Made by a program: the position numbers and the translations under genes
Shown here: in pieces, positions 1 to 12,700 of the stretch
How the letters are laid out: each line of letters opens with the position of its first letter
How positions within the stretch are numbered: position 1 is the stretch's first letter
Notes under the pieces: generated by a model
Databases searched by the model: none
The model's input: only the letters and a program-made list of their open reading frames with translations
Told to the model about the DNA's origin: nothing
Source: Mytilus edulis
Taxonomy: Eukaryota
Assembly (NCBI RefSeq): GCF_963676685.1
Contig: NC_092352.1
Span: forward strand, 42,904,001-42,968,000
Reading direction: 5' to 3'
Length of the DNA: 64,000 nucleotides

Positions 1-715
1 AATGGGGGAAAAGGCTGATTCAGACTTTAATCTTATATTTGCATTGGTATTAATTGTGTCTTAAATCGAAAGAAAAATCCATAATCTGCTTTATTTTTTA
101 GTTAATGACCTATTGTGGGCTATTGGAAAATATAAAGAAATATGAGTGTAACTGGGCAAATTAGTTAACCCTGAATCCCAAATGAAAACAACCAATTGTC
201 CGAACATCTGACAAAAATTCCTTAACCTGACCTAGGTTTGCCCTTTAAACGTTTTCTTATTACTTTAAGTATAACATGAAATCTGACATAATGAACACTT
301 CTTAGCAAATATCCAGTTTTCGTATAAAAATTTCAAAATTTCCTGACAAGGACAGTTAAGGTCGAATACTGCATTAAATCTGCATACAATCGTTTAGTGT
401 GCATTTAAATTTTGAAGTTAAACCTTTAGTTCTAATGATCAAACATTTGAAATACCAAGGCAATTTTAGTTTTATTTTTTGCTTAGAAGTTTAAATATCC
501 AATTATTATCTCTCACCTCTCTTTGACCATTTCATTACTTTTGTATCCTCAACACTTTTCATAAACGAAGCACATGAAATAAAATTACCAAAAAGTTATA
601 TGCAAGACTAGTATTAAGAGTTACATGTACTTTGTCATCTTAAATTTAATATAAAGAACTGTGTTTAAATATTTTCAAAAACGTAAATCTAATGCCACAA
701 TTGTTGTACACTTAC

Positions 716-3700
716 TGTTTATCAATGATTTACAATCTGCCATATTACAGGTACGTGTATCACAACAAGAAGAACAAATAACTATTTCCCCATCTACTCT
801 TTTGCGCTTAGGACCAGTATATTGTCCAGGATTTGCGTTCTTGTAACCTTTCAATGTAACATCGCAAACCTATAAAATGCGTCAAATATAAAATCCTGGA
901 TTGTTTTTATCAACAGTTGTGGGGATGTATAAGTACCCGGTCACGTCCACTCTGTATTAGTGCTATATATATATTTCTATGTGTATCCATCTGATGAGTT
1001 AGTACTTTTTCAATTGATTTTTAAAGTGTTTTCTTATCTTGTACTGCTACACAACTGTGCTAGGTTAGGGACGTGTAGGCACCTTCAAACGAGTTTAACC
1101 CCGGCGCATGCAGATGTCCTAAATCAGAATCCTGTAATTCAGTTGTTGTCGTATATTTCTGTGTTTATCTTTTGTACAAACGTCAGGCCTCAGGTTTCCC
1201 AGTAGCCAGTACTTCGGTACTGGCATGAAAATACGGATTTTTTGTGTTATTAAAATTTGCTGTTACAAAATGATGGAAATTATTATAAATTAAGGAATGT
1301 ACATGTATCTCCCTCATGCAAAGCTCTGATTCCTTTCACGGATTTGGCTATACTTTTTGAACCTTTTGGATTATAGCTCTTCATCTTTTATATAAGCTTT
1401 GGATTTCAAATATTTTGGCCACGAGCATCACTGAAGAGACATGTATTGTCGAAATGCGCATCTGGTGCAAGAAAATTGATACCGTTAATTTTATTTCCTG
1501 TTATTTGTAAATTCGGGGCCTTTTATAGTAGTTGACTACGCTGTATTAGCTTTGTTAATTTTTGAAGACCGTGCGGTGACTTACAGTTTCTTAATTTCTG
1601 TATCATTTGGTCTCTTGTAGAGATTTGTCCAGTTGTTAATTATACTACACATTTATTGTTTTAACAGTTCTGCTCAGTATCGTTTATCCCACATTTGGCA
1701 TTAGATATCTTTACTAGTCAACAAAAGTATCGATACATAAGTTTGAAGTCCAATTTTAATACGATTTTTTTGGAAATAACAAAATTCAACAATAAAAAAA
1801 TCGTGTATTTGCCTTAAATCAAACATTTAATAGACAAATAACACTCTGTAGATAATAGACCAAGAAGGCCATTATTTTCCTTGGTACAGTATATTCAGTA
1901 CAGTGCATTGCCTTGTATCATGTTTGTTTGTTTATTAGTTTACATTATTTATGAGCTTTTTAAAGTGGTGAAATCTGTACATAAAAAAGTTGATAATAAA
2001 ATAAACAGCCTTACATCTTTTCTCTCACATCCAAGTCTGTGTACAAGTTGATTATTCGCAAACATTAATTCTGATGTGCACACCTGCAAGAGTAATAAAA
2101 ATCTATGATGGAGGTAGTATTAAACAACTGCTGCGAAATGTTTTATATACATCTTGTTTTTCTTTTTTTTTTCTTGGGTTGGCGGGGGGGGGGGGTTGTA
2201 TTGGCATTCTATGATATATCAGTTAATATGAAATCTATTGTTAATACAAATAATAAACATTGAAATTTGCAACATTGTAAATGATGTCTATCGGTATCGT
2301 TACTTATTACTTTACATATATCTTTTTAGAAAATTTTTCTCTTTTTCTTCTCTTTCAATTATGCTTCACATCTTATTATTCTTTTATATGTGTACTCATT
2401 TGCAGACTGTAATAACTTTCAAAAAAGTAATGAGCAATTTTCCGCTATCTAAATGCAAATTTTATTTGCTACACTTCTTTTTCAATACAATCTACAAGAA
2501 ATTACAACCATCATACAGTTTGAAGACCAAGGCAACTCTTAAAATTGAAATAGGTATGAACAGCAATGTGCACATTTACCATACGTAATCAAATATTTTA
2601 TTGAACAAATTGGCTTAGAAATTCTTACTTCATTTGGTGGACAGTCCTGTATAACAGAACATAGTGTTGGGTCCGCAACTTTATCGCACACACCACAAGT
2701 TGTTATATCAGTTTTTGGTTCTGCAAAATTGAAAAATAAGTGTAAATTATATAAGAATTAATTTAACCACAATGTAACCTAGTGCATTAAACTAAAGACT
2801 GAACATAACGAACCCCACCAAACACTATGATGTTCTTAGTTGCTCCTGGTGGATAAGTAGCCGCTGCTCCACATGTGATACATTATCTGAGAACTGCTAC
2901 CGAATTAGACTATTTATCGGTTGGTAATAAAATGAGAAACACGACGGGTGTCACATTTACATCAGGACCTTCTTACCCTTCCGGAGCATCTGAGATCACC
3001 CCCAGGTTTTGGTGGGTTTCGTGCTGCTCATTTTTTAGTTTTCTAGTATGTTGCTTCTTGTTTACTCTTATTTAATTTGTTTTTTTCTTTTTTGTTTTTC
3101 ATTTTAAGCCATGGCGTTGTCAGTTTATTTTCGATTTATGAGTTTGACTGTTCCTCTGGTATCTTTCCTCCCTCTTAGCAAGCGTTTTTAATACACAATG
3201 ATTTACACGTGTCCTTATTCATCCCCACAACACTTGGTAATAGATATATATATTGGCCAAATTGGCTTAGGAAGAACACGAATGGGAAACGTCATTTCGT
3301 CTAGTATAAACTTGACGTTGTTTTGCTTGCAGACCGTCTACTATGCATACATATACATATTTAAGGAGTCTATATTCATGTGAACGGGGTGTAGCAGCAG
3401 GGTCATATATTCACAGTGAATGGATCGTTCAGGTGGCATGCGGTGTTGACCTATGGTGAATCTCTAACTAAATATTCCTTTGTCAACATGTTTCGCTACT
3501 TTATTTTTTATATTTATTGCACAATTTGAAATATATAGAATCAATCTAATTCCAACAGCTATCCACTCATTTAAGTATCTTGAAAACGTTTTGTCCTTTA
3601 CTTTGTAGCTATTTATAGTGATTATTTTACATAACAATATGGCTGTACTCAATGCTAAGTTGACTGTCCCTCGGGTATCTTTTTTAACGACTTTAAAAAG

Positions 3701-6700
3701 CGTGTCAGCTTTATTAAAATAAATATTAATCAAGAACTAGATGCAATACCTACTTTGATTACACAGATAGCCATTACACGGTATTCCTGTTGAATTATTT
3801 GAGCTTGTCGTACAGCACTCGGCGCAGGCCACGGTTGTTCTCTTTGTCCTTGAAGTTTCTCTTTTCCCAGCACTAGCGGCAGCAAATAAATCACAAACCT
3901 ATTGCATACATCAATTTAACAATACTAGTTAGCTTACTTAAGGAAGTCCGTTGCTCAGTTTCAAAATAAATAGCTTTCCATAACACTAGTATATATTGAT
4001 AGGGGATTAATTCAGGAATCAAAAAAGCAAAATAAATATAAGGGTCAATGTCATTTTTTTTTAGATATAACCATTGGAATTTTCTCTCTTGATTTTTCAT
4101 AGCTTTATCATTCACCAGTTAAACATGTTAAAGTACTCAAAAACTATTAAAATATAAATAAGATTTTATAAGACTTTTACACATGGCTTATAATTATACA
4201 GGTAAAAGATTTATAAAAAGAAAAAAGGGGGTCCATGGGCAATTTTTTTTAAAGGCATTCAAACAGATAAAACCAGAGTATTTCGAAAATCTGACAAAAG
4301 TTCCAAAACATGACAAGCAAACATCCTTAATATAGATACATTTTAATAATGTTAATGACAATAATGAATGAGTCAGTTATGTATTATGCCTATGAGTCTT
4401 TTTGTATTTATTATTTAATTTTTAATGGTAAGAGGGTTAAGGTTATTTTGCTACCTTAAAAAAATGAATAATAGAAAATGATAACATATGAAATTGAGAA
4501 TGTATATTGGGGATTTGTGAAAGAGACAGCAACCCGACCAAAGGCAAAAAATAACCGCATAGACTCCAATATCGTTGAATTTATCATTATAGGCTATATT
4601 CTAGTTGATATTGATAGGTTCTTTTTAGTTTTTGACCTTTTTTCAAAGTTTCCTCAACAATTTTAACCTAAGTGACATTTTTTCACATGTTATTCATAAA
4701 AGAGGGCGACTGATACCAAAGGGAAATTCAAACTAAGTCGAAAATAAACTGGCAACGACACGACTGAAAAAGAAAACTCCAACATGTCATTTTGATCTTT
4801 TGTCTACAAAACATCATCTGTTGAATATTCTTTACATAAACATAATTTTTGCATTCTTATAAAAACGAAGATGTGGTATGATTGCCAATGAGACAACTCT
4901 CCACAAAAGACCAAAATGACACAGAAATAACAACATTACTATAGTTCACCGTTCGGCCTTCAACAATGAGCAAACCATACCGCTTAGTCAGCTATAAAAG
5001 ACCCCGAATTGACAATGTAAAACAATTCAAACGAGAAAACTAACGACCTAATTAATGTACAAAAAATGAACGAAAAAATATGTAACACATAAACAAACGA
5101 CAACCACTGAATTACAGGCTCCTGACTTGGGACAGGCACATACTAACAAACATACATACAGAATGTGGCTGGGTTAAACATGTTAGCGGGATTCCAATCG
5201 TCCCCCTAACCTGGGACAGTGGTGTAACAGTACATCATAAGAACGGACTATAAAAATCAGTTGAAAAAGGCTTAACTCATGATCATCAGATGGCTAAAGA
5301 TAAAAATGGACATGGACAGGTACTTGAACATCCCAACAACAAAAAGACACTAGGTACAGATCTGAAAGTACTCGCAGTTAACTGATGGCTAGTCCAAAGC
5401 CTCTAACAACTTTCATTTTTCCTAATGTGCTCTGTCTACATGCTTATTGTATTTCTTTGTTACATATGGCGTAGCTATGTTCTTCTACATCCCGTCATTG
5501 TGTTATTCTGCTATGGTAATACTTTGCATTCTTGTCTTTCAATTTTGCCAATTTGATTCGTCTATATGCCTTTTTTAGTTCTTCTTTGTTACACATTTGT
5601 TTGCTTTTGATAAAGATTATAAAACAATATTGACTTTTTATTAGGTTTTTTTTTGATAAAAAATTATCGAGTTGAATTTTCTTTGGAGATCAGTATTTTT
5701 GAAATTTTACTTTATACCATTTTCCGGATTAAAATTTATATTTAATAGCCAGGACAAAAGGTAAACAAAATATTTGATTTCGTTTACAATCATAGTATTA
5801 CCTGTTTAGATCTGCAACCGGCAGAAAACACAGCTAGGAGATTCGGCAGAATTGTTTTGTCGAGATAACACTCCTAGAATATACAAAATTTATCGACGGT
5901 CAGCTAAACTCTTGATATACAAATGTAAAAATAGCCTCTAGTCTTTCTTCGTCATTTTGCATATTATACTGATGGTGTCTTTTGGTCAAATGCCTTTTTG
6001 TACATTTTGATTTTCCGTAGATGGAAATTGAAACGTTCCATCTACTGAAAATCTACTGAAAATCAAAATGTATATTTACCAAGAGGCATTTGACCAAAAA
6101 CCACCGTCAATATAAAAGGTAGAGTCAACTTAGTTGGCAATGCGTTTACCTATAGTATCTTTTCTACCATGCCACTAGCACTCCCCCACTCCCTTACGTA
6201 CAGTTATACATCAAATTGGCACGACTATTTATTGCATATTTTTCAATATATTTTTAAAAGCTGATGGATCTCTGGAATGCTATAATCGTTTGAAATATTA
6301 GGTACACAGTGTGCTCTATTTGTCCACACGAGTTTCACTCACATGGTCTGGGGTCACCAAGTGGTGGTAGGCAGGAATTGTGTTTGCATCCGAAAAATAC
6401 CTCCATTCATTTACATGTATCTACTCTGTAAGTAAATTTTTCTAATTCAAGTTAATATTATCATTTAAAAATAATTATTCATATGGCTTACATTACGAAA
6501 TTTCTACCGTTTTGTAACACTTGTCATATTGCAGAAAAGCACGGAACAAGTTTCTTACTTTCAACAAGACTTCTTGTAGCCGAGATCAGATTTGGAACTT
6601 GTTTTGAAATAAAGACCTAAAACGGATGGATACATGTATGAAAGAAACAAATCAAGTCGTTTACATTTTTGGTCCGCAATTGAGGCATCAAACTTTATTG

Positions 6701-9700
6701 CTAATTTTCACAACAGAACCAACACAGTGTAACAAGAGTCGGATTTAGAGGGTTTTACACGCCCCCCCCCCCCTTTTCTTTGAAAAAAAAATGATTGAGC
6801 ATATAGGGAATCACTGAAGCATGACAGGAGCGGCCCCATACTAGGCAGTCAATGGGCACTTATGAAAATTTCTGGATCCGCCACTGGTAACCGGAGATCA
6901 TAATTCTTATTACAAAATTATCTGTGTCTCCGTCGGGACTCGAACCCGGGACCTCTGTGTTACAAGGCAGCTCATAAACCGACGGAGTTAAATAACTACT
7001 ATCTTAGCTCAACCGCTTACAGCTGACTAAGTATCTACCACATTTAGTAAGGGAAGAAATACTGTCACAATAGTTACCTCGTTACTATTTTGACATGTTG
7101 CCGCAGTCGAAAGACAGTCGTTGATATCAGCAACACCATTACACGATAGACAGGTTAAACCTGTGAACAATATTGTATTCGATTATTGAAAAATGCATGT
7201 TCTTTAACAAATTAATAAAAATCCAAACTCCAAGGAAAACTCAATACGGAAAGTCCCCTAGCAATTTGCAAAATCAATTTCATACACATCAAACGAACGG
7301 AAAACAACTGTCAGAATATTCATGTCTTAATACAGGCATTTCCTGTTTTAGAAATTGTTGAAGTAATCATGGCTTGTTTGACAGTCGCATAAAATTCTTT
7401 TATATTGACAACACTGTGTAAGTAAATGATAACTTGGCCACTGACTTATGGTTCATATAAATATGGCTCTGTATAATAAAATTTGTGTGTATTTCGAAGT
7501 GTCTTTCCTGCGTGGCGTGGCGTCATTTTGCTAATTTATTTGTCTGTTTTGTTCATCATCGTAATTTGTTTAATCATTCAATTAACTTGATTCAAGCGCA
7601 TCTGGCTTACTCAAATATAGGCCTGGTGAAGTCTTCTAGCCATTTGGTCCACTTATTTCTATCATTACATGTAGGTTATAGCTGAGTCTCGACATATACT
7701 AAAGCACGACCTAAAGAATATAAAAACAACTGCGAAAGCCGGGGACTATCACCAATTTCAATTATAATATGCATGCGTAAATACACTTTAAAATTGAATA
7801 ATTATACTAAACGGTTTATAGACTTACCGTCGACACATGACAAACAAAACGTTAACAGAATTGGAACGCCAACTGCAAAATAAAGATGTCAATACAAAAA
7901 TAAGGAGATGTGGTATGATTAGTTTACGTTCAAGAACATTTATACTCCGTCAACAACTGTATTAACTTTATTTGGTATATATCGACCGAACAGCACATCA
8001 TAAATAATTTACTTGATAAAATACAGATAATACAAATAAAATCAAATTGAGAAAGGAAATGGGGAATGTGGCAAAGCGACAACAACCCGACCATAGAGCA
8101 GACAACAGCCGAAGGCCACCAATTGGTCTTCAATGTTGTGAGAAACTCGTAAAAATATGTATACTAGTACAGTGATAATGGACGTCATACTAAACTCCGA
8201 ATTATACACAAGAAACTTAAAATAAAAATTTATAAGGGTTCCGCGTAACCCAGTGTCTCGCCTACTTTTGCTGTAAATCGCAGGCTTAACAAAAATGAGG
8301 AAAAAATCAATAAAAATATTCCTCTTGATACTATCTTTTGATTGTAAGAAGCTTCTGTCCAGGTTTGGTAAAAACTTAAAATAGTATAAGAAATTAAGTT
8401 ATTATTTTTTTTTTAATTTAACCACAGAGTGCATGAATGTGTTGTTTCCAAGCAGAAAATCTAAGACCATTTAAAAGTAAAATACGGAAAAAAGGGATTT
8501 ATTTTTTTACAAAATTTACTGCTGGATACTATCTTATGATCATAAACAAGCTTCTGTCCAAGTTTGGTGCAAACCAAGGATAGTTTGAGAAAGTTATTAA
8601 AATTTTAAAAACTTTAACCACAGAGTGAATGTAATGTTTCCCCGCAGGAAAACTAAGTCCATTTTTTATAAGTAAAATGCAGAAAAAAGGAATTTTATTT
8701 TTGCAAACTTTACTTCTGGATACTATCTTATGATCATAAACAAGCTTCTGTCCAAGTTTGGTAGAAATCCAGTATAGTTTGAGAAAGTTATTCAAATTTT
8801 AAAAACTTTAACCACAGAGTGAATATTTGTGGACGCCGCCGACGACGACGGAATGTAGGATCGCCTAGTCTCGCTTTTTTTTTTTACTAAAGTCGAAAGC
8901 TCGACAAAAATCATATGTAAGACTAACAAAGGCCAGAGGCTCCTGGAAGTTGCCGCATGTTTTGCTTTTGTCTGAATTATCTTTTAAACATGACAGTGAT
9001 GAAGACAATATCATTTTAGCAGCTGAATGATATAGTTAATATGTTGAATATATATGTAGTAAGAGAAATCGTACTACAAAAGACTATCATATCCTTATTT
9101 GGTTACCCCTATGAAGTGCATTTATCTATGTTTCTCTTTACCGTGAATTTGGCATCAACAAATGATTCTAAACGTTTATTGTACGACTTTGCCCCCCGCA
9201 GAGCTATAGAAAAACAGTATATTAACGGGTGTTACACGGACTCTTTTTATATGATACACGGACTCTTTTTAGTTGTTACACGGACACTTTTTATGAATAG
9301 AACCACTCGTGCATGATCAGTGAGTTCATGGGCACTTTAAATTTCGATTAGATTTGAACTTTTTTGGTTCACCGACATATTTCCTGTTTCCTGTCTTTTA
9401 AAAAAAAATGTACGTTTTCATCATTTTTTTTTTTTTAACAATTTCAGTAAAATACTATTCATACCAGTACACTAAGGGATAAGCCATTTAACCTTTTAAA
9501 GAAAAGGGGGTGATTTTCTCCGAAAAAAAGATATTTTGAACCAAAATCTTATGAGAAAAAAAATTGTGTGGTCATGCCGATGACAAATCAATGGTCTGCA
9601 TGATTCCTGATTTTCCGAATACTGTATATATAAGAGTGTTAATTTGAGAAAAGAAATATTTAAGGGATGGCGTTAAAAAAAACTAAATAGTTTTCATACT

Positions 9701-12700
9701 CAGAAAAGAACATACCACCCCCTTTATGAAGCAAAATAATCGATATACTTTCTTCATTATATAGACATGAATAGTATTTTGGACAATCTAATAAAAGTAA
9801 AAAATGATGATACCGAGAAATATGTAAATAAAAATTTTTTTATCAAAAGATAAAATCCCTATCAACTCACCAATGCACGATTGATCCCATAAATAAAGTG
9901 TTTGTATAATACATGTCCAATTAGACCTTTTCAACATCTCTCGACACCTACAGGCTACAGTTGAGAACGACTACGACAGGTAAAATGTGAAGGGTCGTCT
10001 CAAAAATAAAAAAATAAATGAGATCATTATTGATTTTATTGCTTTCAATCATTAACAATGATAAAACTTTAATACAGAGTCCAAATGACATGTTTTTTTT
10101 TAATTTGTTATAAAGAAAATGATAGACTTTAAGTCTAAATCTAAATCTTTTAGACATTTAGCTTCTAGCTGTCCTGGTTGAATTTGGAAAACGAAAAGAA
10201 CAAATCATGTTCTATTGTAGTTGATATTTTAAAATTAAACAATGATTATGTTGGTTTACAAGGGCGGCACATGTCTGTTAGTTTTGGCCTTGGATGCCTC
10301 CATAATGTACTCAATACTTTGTATCATTTCAATTCACCAATTTGGTGTTCCACTTGAATTCTGTATTCACCAATCACTGCTTAAATGTTGTAGCATTGAA
10401 ACGAGGGGTCAATTATATTTTTTTTCAAAATTCATCAAGGAAAAACTTTACCTCGAACAAGATATCTTGAAGCGGAGAAGACCGTCGTTGATAATAATAA
10501 TAAAAAAAAACGTGATCTTTTCCTTCGACCTAAAAAATCAATATGTAGTTATGTAAAAATTGAAAATGTACATCGACTGAGGTGAAGATCGGTGGAAAAA
10601 CACAAAGTTGGTCGTGTTCACAAGTGTGATACGGACGGACCAGTATTCTTTTTCATTTTTGAAAAACATCATAAAAGCTTTTACACCAACAAATTAAATC
10701 GTTATTGGCATGCGGCAAATATTTGGCGAAAGACTCACATCATCACAAAAGTGAAGAGAAAATGGGTTAGGATTCTGAATGATTGGAATATTTGTTTAAT
10801 CAATTCAACATGAAATGTCGTGCAAATACATACGAAATAAGAATATTATATGACAGAGACATATGTATGGTAGACGTTTCCCCTTTCGGGGATATCCAGA
10901 AATCGAGAAAGGGAAATCAAGAAATTGAGAAATCGGGAAATCGAGAAATAGAGAAAGCAAAAACGCAAAATCGAGAATTCATTTCGCGTTTTAGCGTTTT
11001 CGTGTTTCCTCTTTCGTGTTTTGGCGTTTTTGCTTTCTTGATTTCTCGATTTCACGATTTCCCGATTTTCTCAATTTCTCGATTTCTCGAATTCCCAATT
11101 TCGCGTTTTCAAAATGAACGGAGAATTCACGAAAACGCGAAAAGGCGAAATAAATGGCCGCATCCGGCCACCATACATATATTTATTTATTTATTTGGTT
11201 GATATATATTCTTTAACTATAAAGTCAAAACAGTATAAAACCGCCAATCCAATATGTTACGTGATGATAATCATGATGATTTTTGTCTTTGAGACGACCC
11301 ATCCATTTTACCTGTAAACTGTAGGTCACTAGGTGTCATTAGTCGGTGTCGAGAAATGTTGAAAAGGTTTAATAGAGGTAACCGGTGAGATCACGAATCA
11401 CGCACGAATCACGAACGTATCACCTAATTTGCCGTATGACACGAAGCGGGATCATTAATTTCAAGTTAGGATGCCTAAGTATTCATGATTATCTCGCCTT
11501 AATTATAAGTGCAGTTTTTATTGATTGATATAACACGCGTACAGTCTGTTTTATTCTTTTTGTTTTGTATGTCATCGTCAGTCACGGAGCAATTTCTGGC
11601 GGGAGAGTGAATGAAAAAAATGGCTAGAAATGGAAGGGACAAAAAATAATTTCTGACTAGAAAATTGAACATGCCCTTCCTTGAATATGCCCTTCCCCCA
11701 GTCCCATTTTCAATTTAAATGGCTGGTCCCTTAGTTTAAAATTTCTGCCCCAATCATAGGTTTGCCTGATAATTTTCGCCTAGTCATATATTAGACCTGA
11801 AATTACCGGCCTAGTCATATAATCAGGTTTAAATTTCATACCCAGTCATGTATTTGACAATTAAGTTGAAACAATTAACAATTCTAGCGGAACGTCTGTA
11901 TATAATTTAATATAGGAAGTGACCTTGGGTGCATACATGCAAAGCTTAAGAATGAATTAACTTAAAGTTTGTATTAATCCGGATCATTGTTTAGAATGAG
12001 CTAAATAACAAAAAAAAAAGGGGGAGATTCCTTGTGCTCTTTGTACTTAGCGAAAACAAACGAATATCGAATACTTAACAGAAAACTTCATATATAATAT
12101 GTGGTTTTTCGCAGAATAAACGATAAATAACAAAATAAGATATACTTAATATATAATTTTATAATTCCAGCGTATTACGTTCAATTTTTTTTTCCGGCGT
12201 ACTTTTCTTTTTTCCCGGACCAAATACGGAATACGGCGCAGAACCTGTTTAGCCTGCTAATACACCTGAGAGCACTATTAAGCTATGATGGGGTTCGTGT
12301 TGTTTGATTTTAACGGTTTTTCATCGACCTATGAATTTGATTCCCTCGTGTTCTTACCGTCTCTCTTTTACGGTTACGGGGGTTTTATTTTTAGACCCTG
12401 TAAATTTGACGATCCATTTGAATTAGTCTTTCCTTTGAATTACCACACTTAAATACCACACTAATTTGTAGAGACTATCAATTCACAGTGTGGTAAGATC
12501 CAGTTTTGTCGGTACTAGTATTGATTTGTTTTTAATATATAGATGTGAATTATACTGGTGTTAGCACATACTTACAACTTCTCGTCCAATCAAATTGTTT
12601 GAATTTTCCTTCTAATTTTCATAGAACATACTTTTTCCGTGTACAAAGTAACTACGCATGAATGACCACAAGGATAAGATTTCATTGTATCGTAATCAAG

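Noticed and set aside
985-1020. CTGATGAG as a second hammerhead core
   Set aside because: No stem II + GAAA follows.
6926-6997. Functional tRNA-Thr
   Set aside because: Acceptor and anticodon stems do not pair; relic only.
10783-11202. 139-aa ORF and antisense ORFs
   Set aside because: By-products of the 8-bp repeat MITE.
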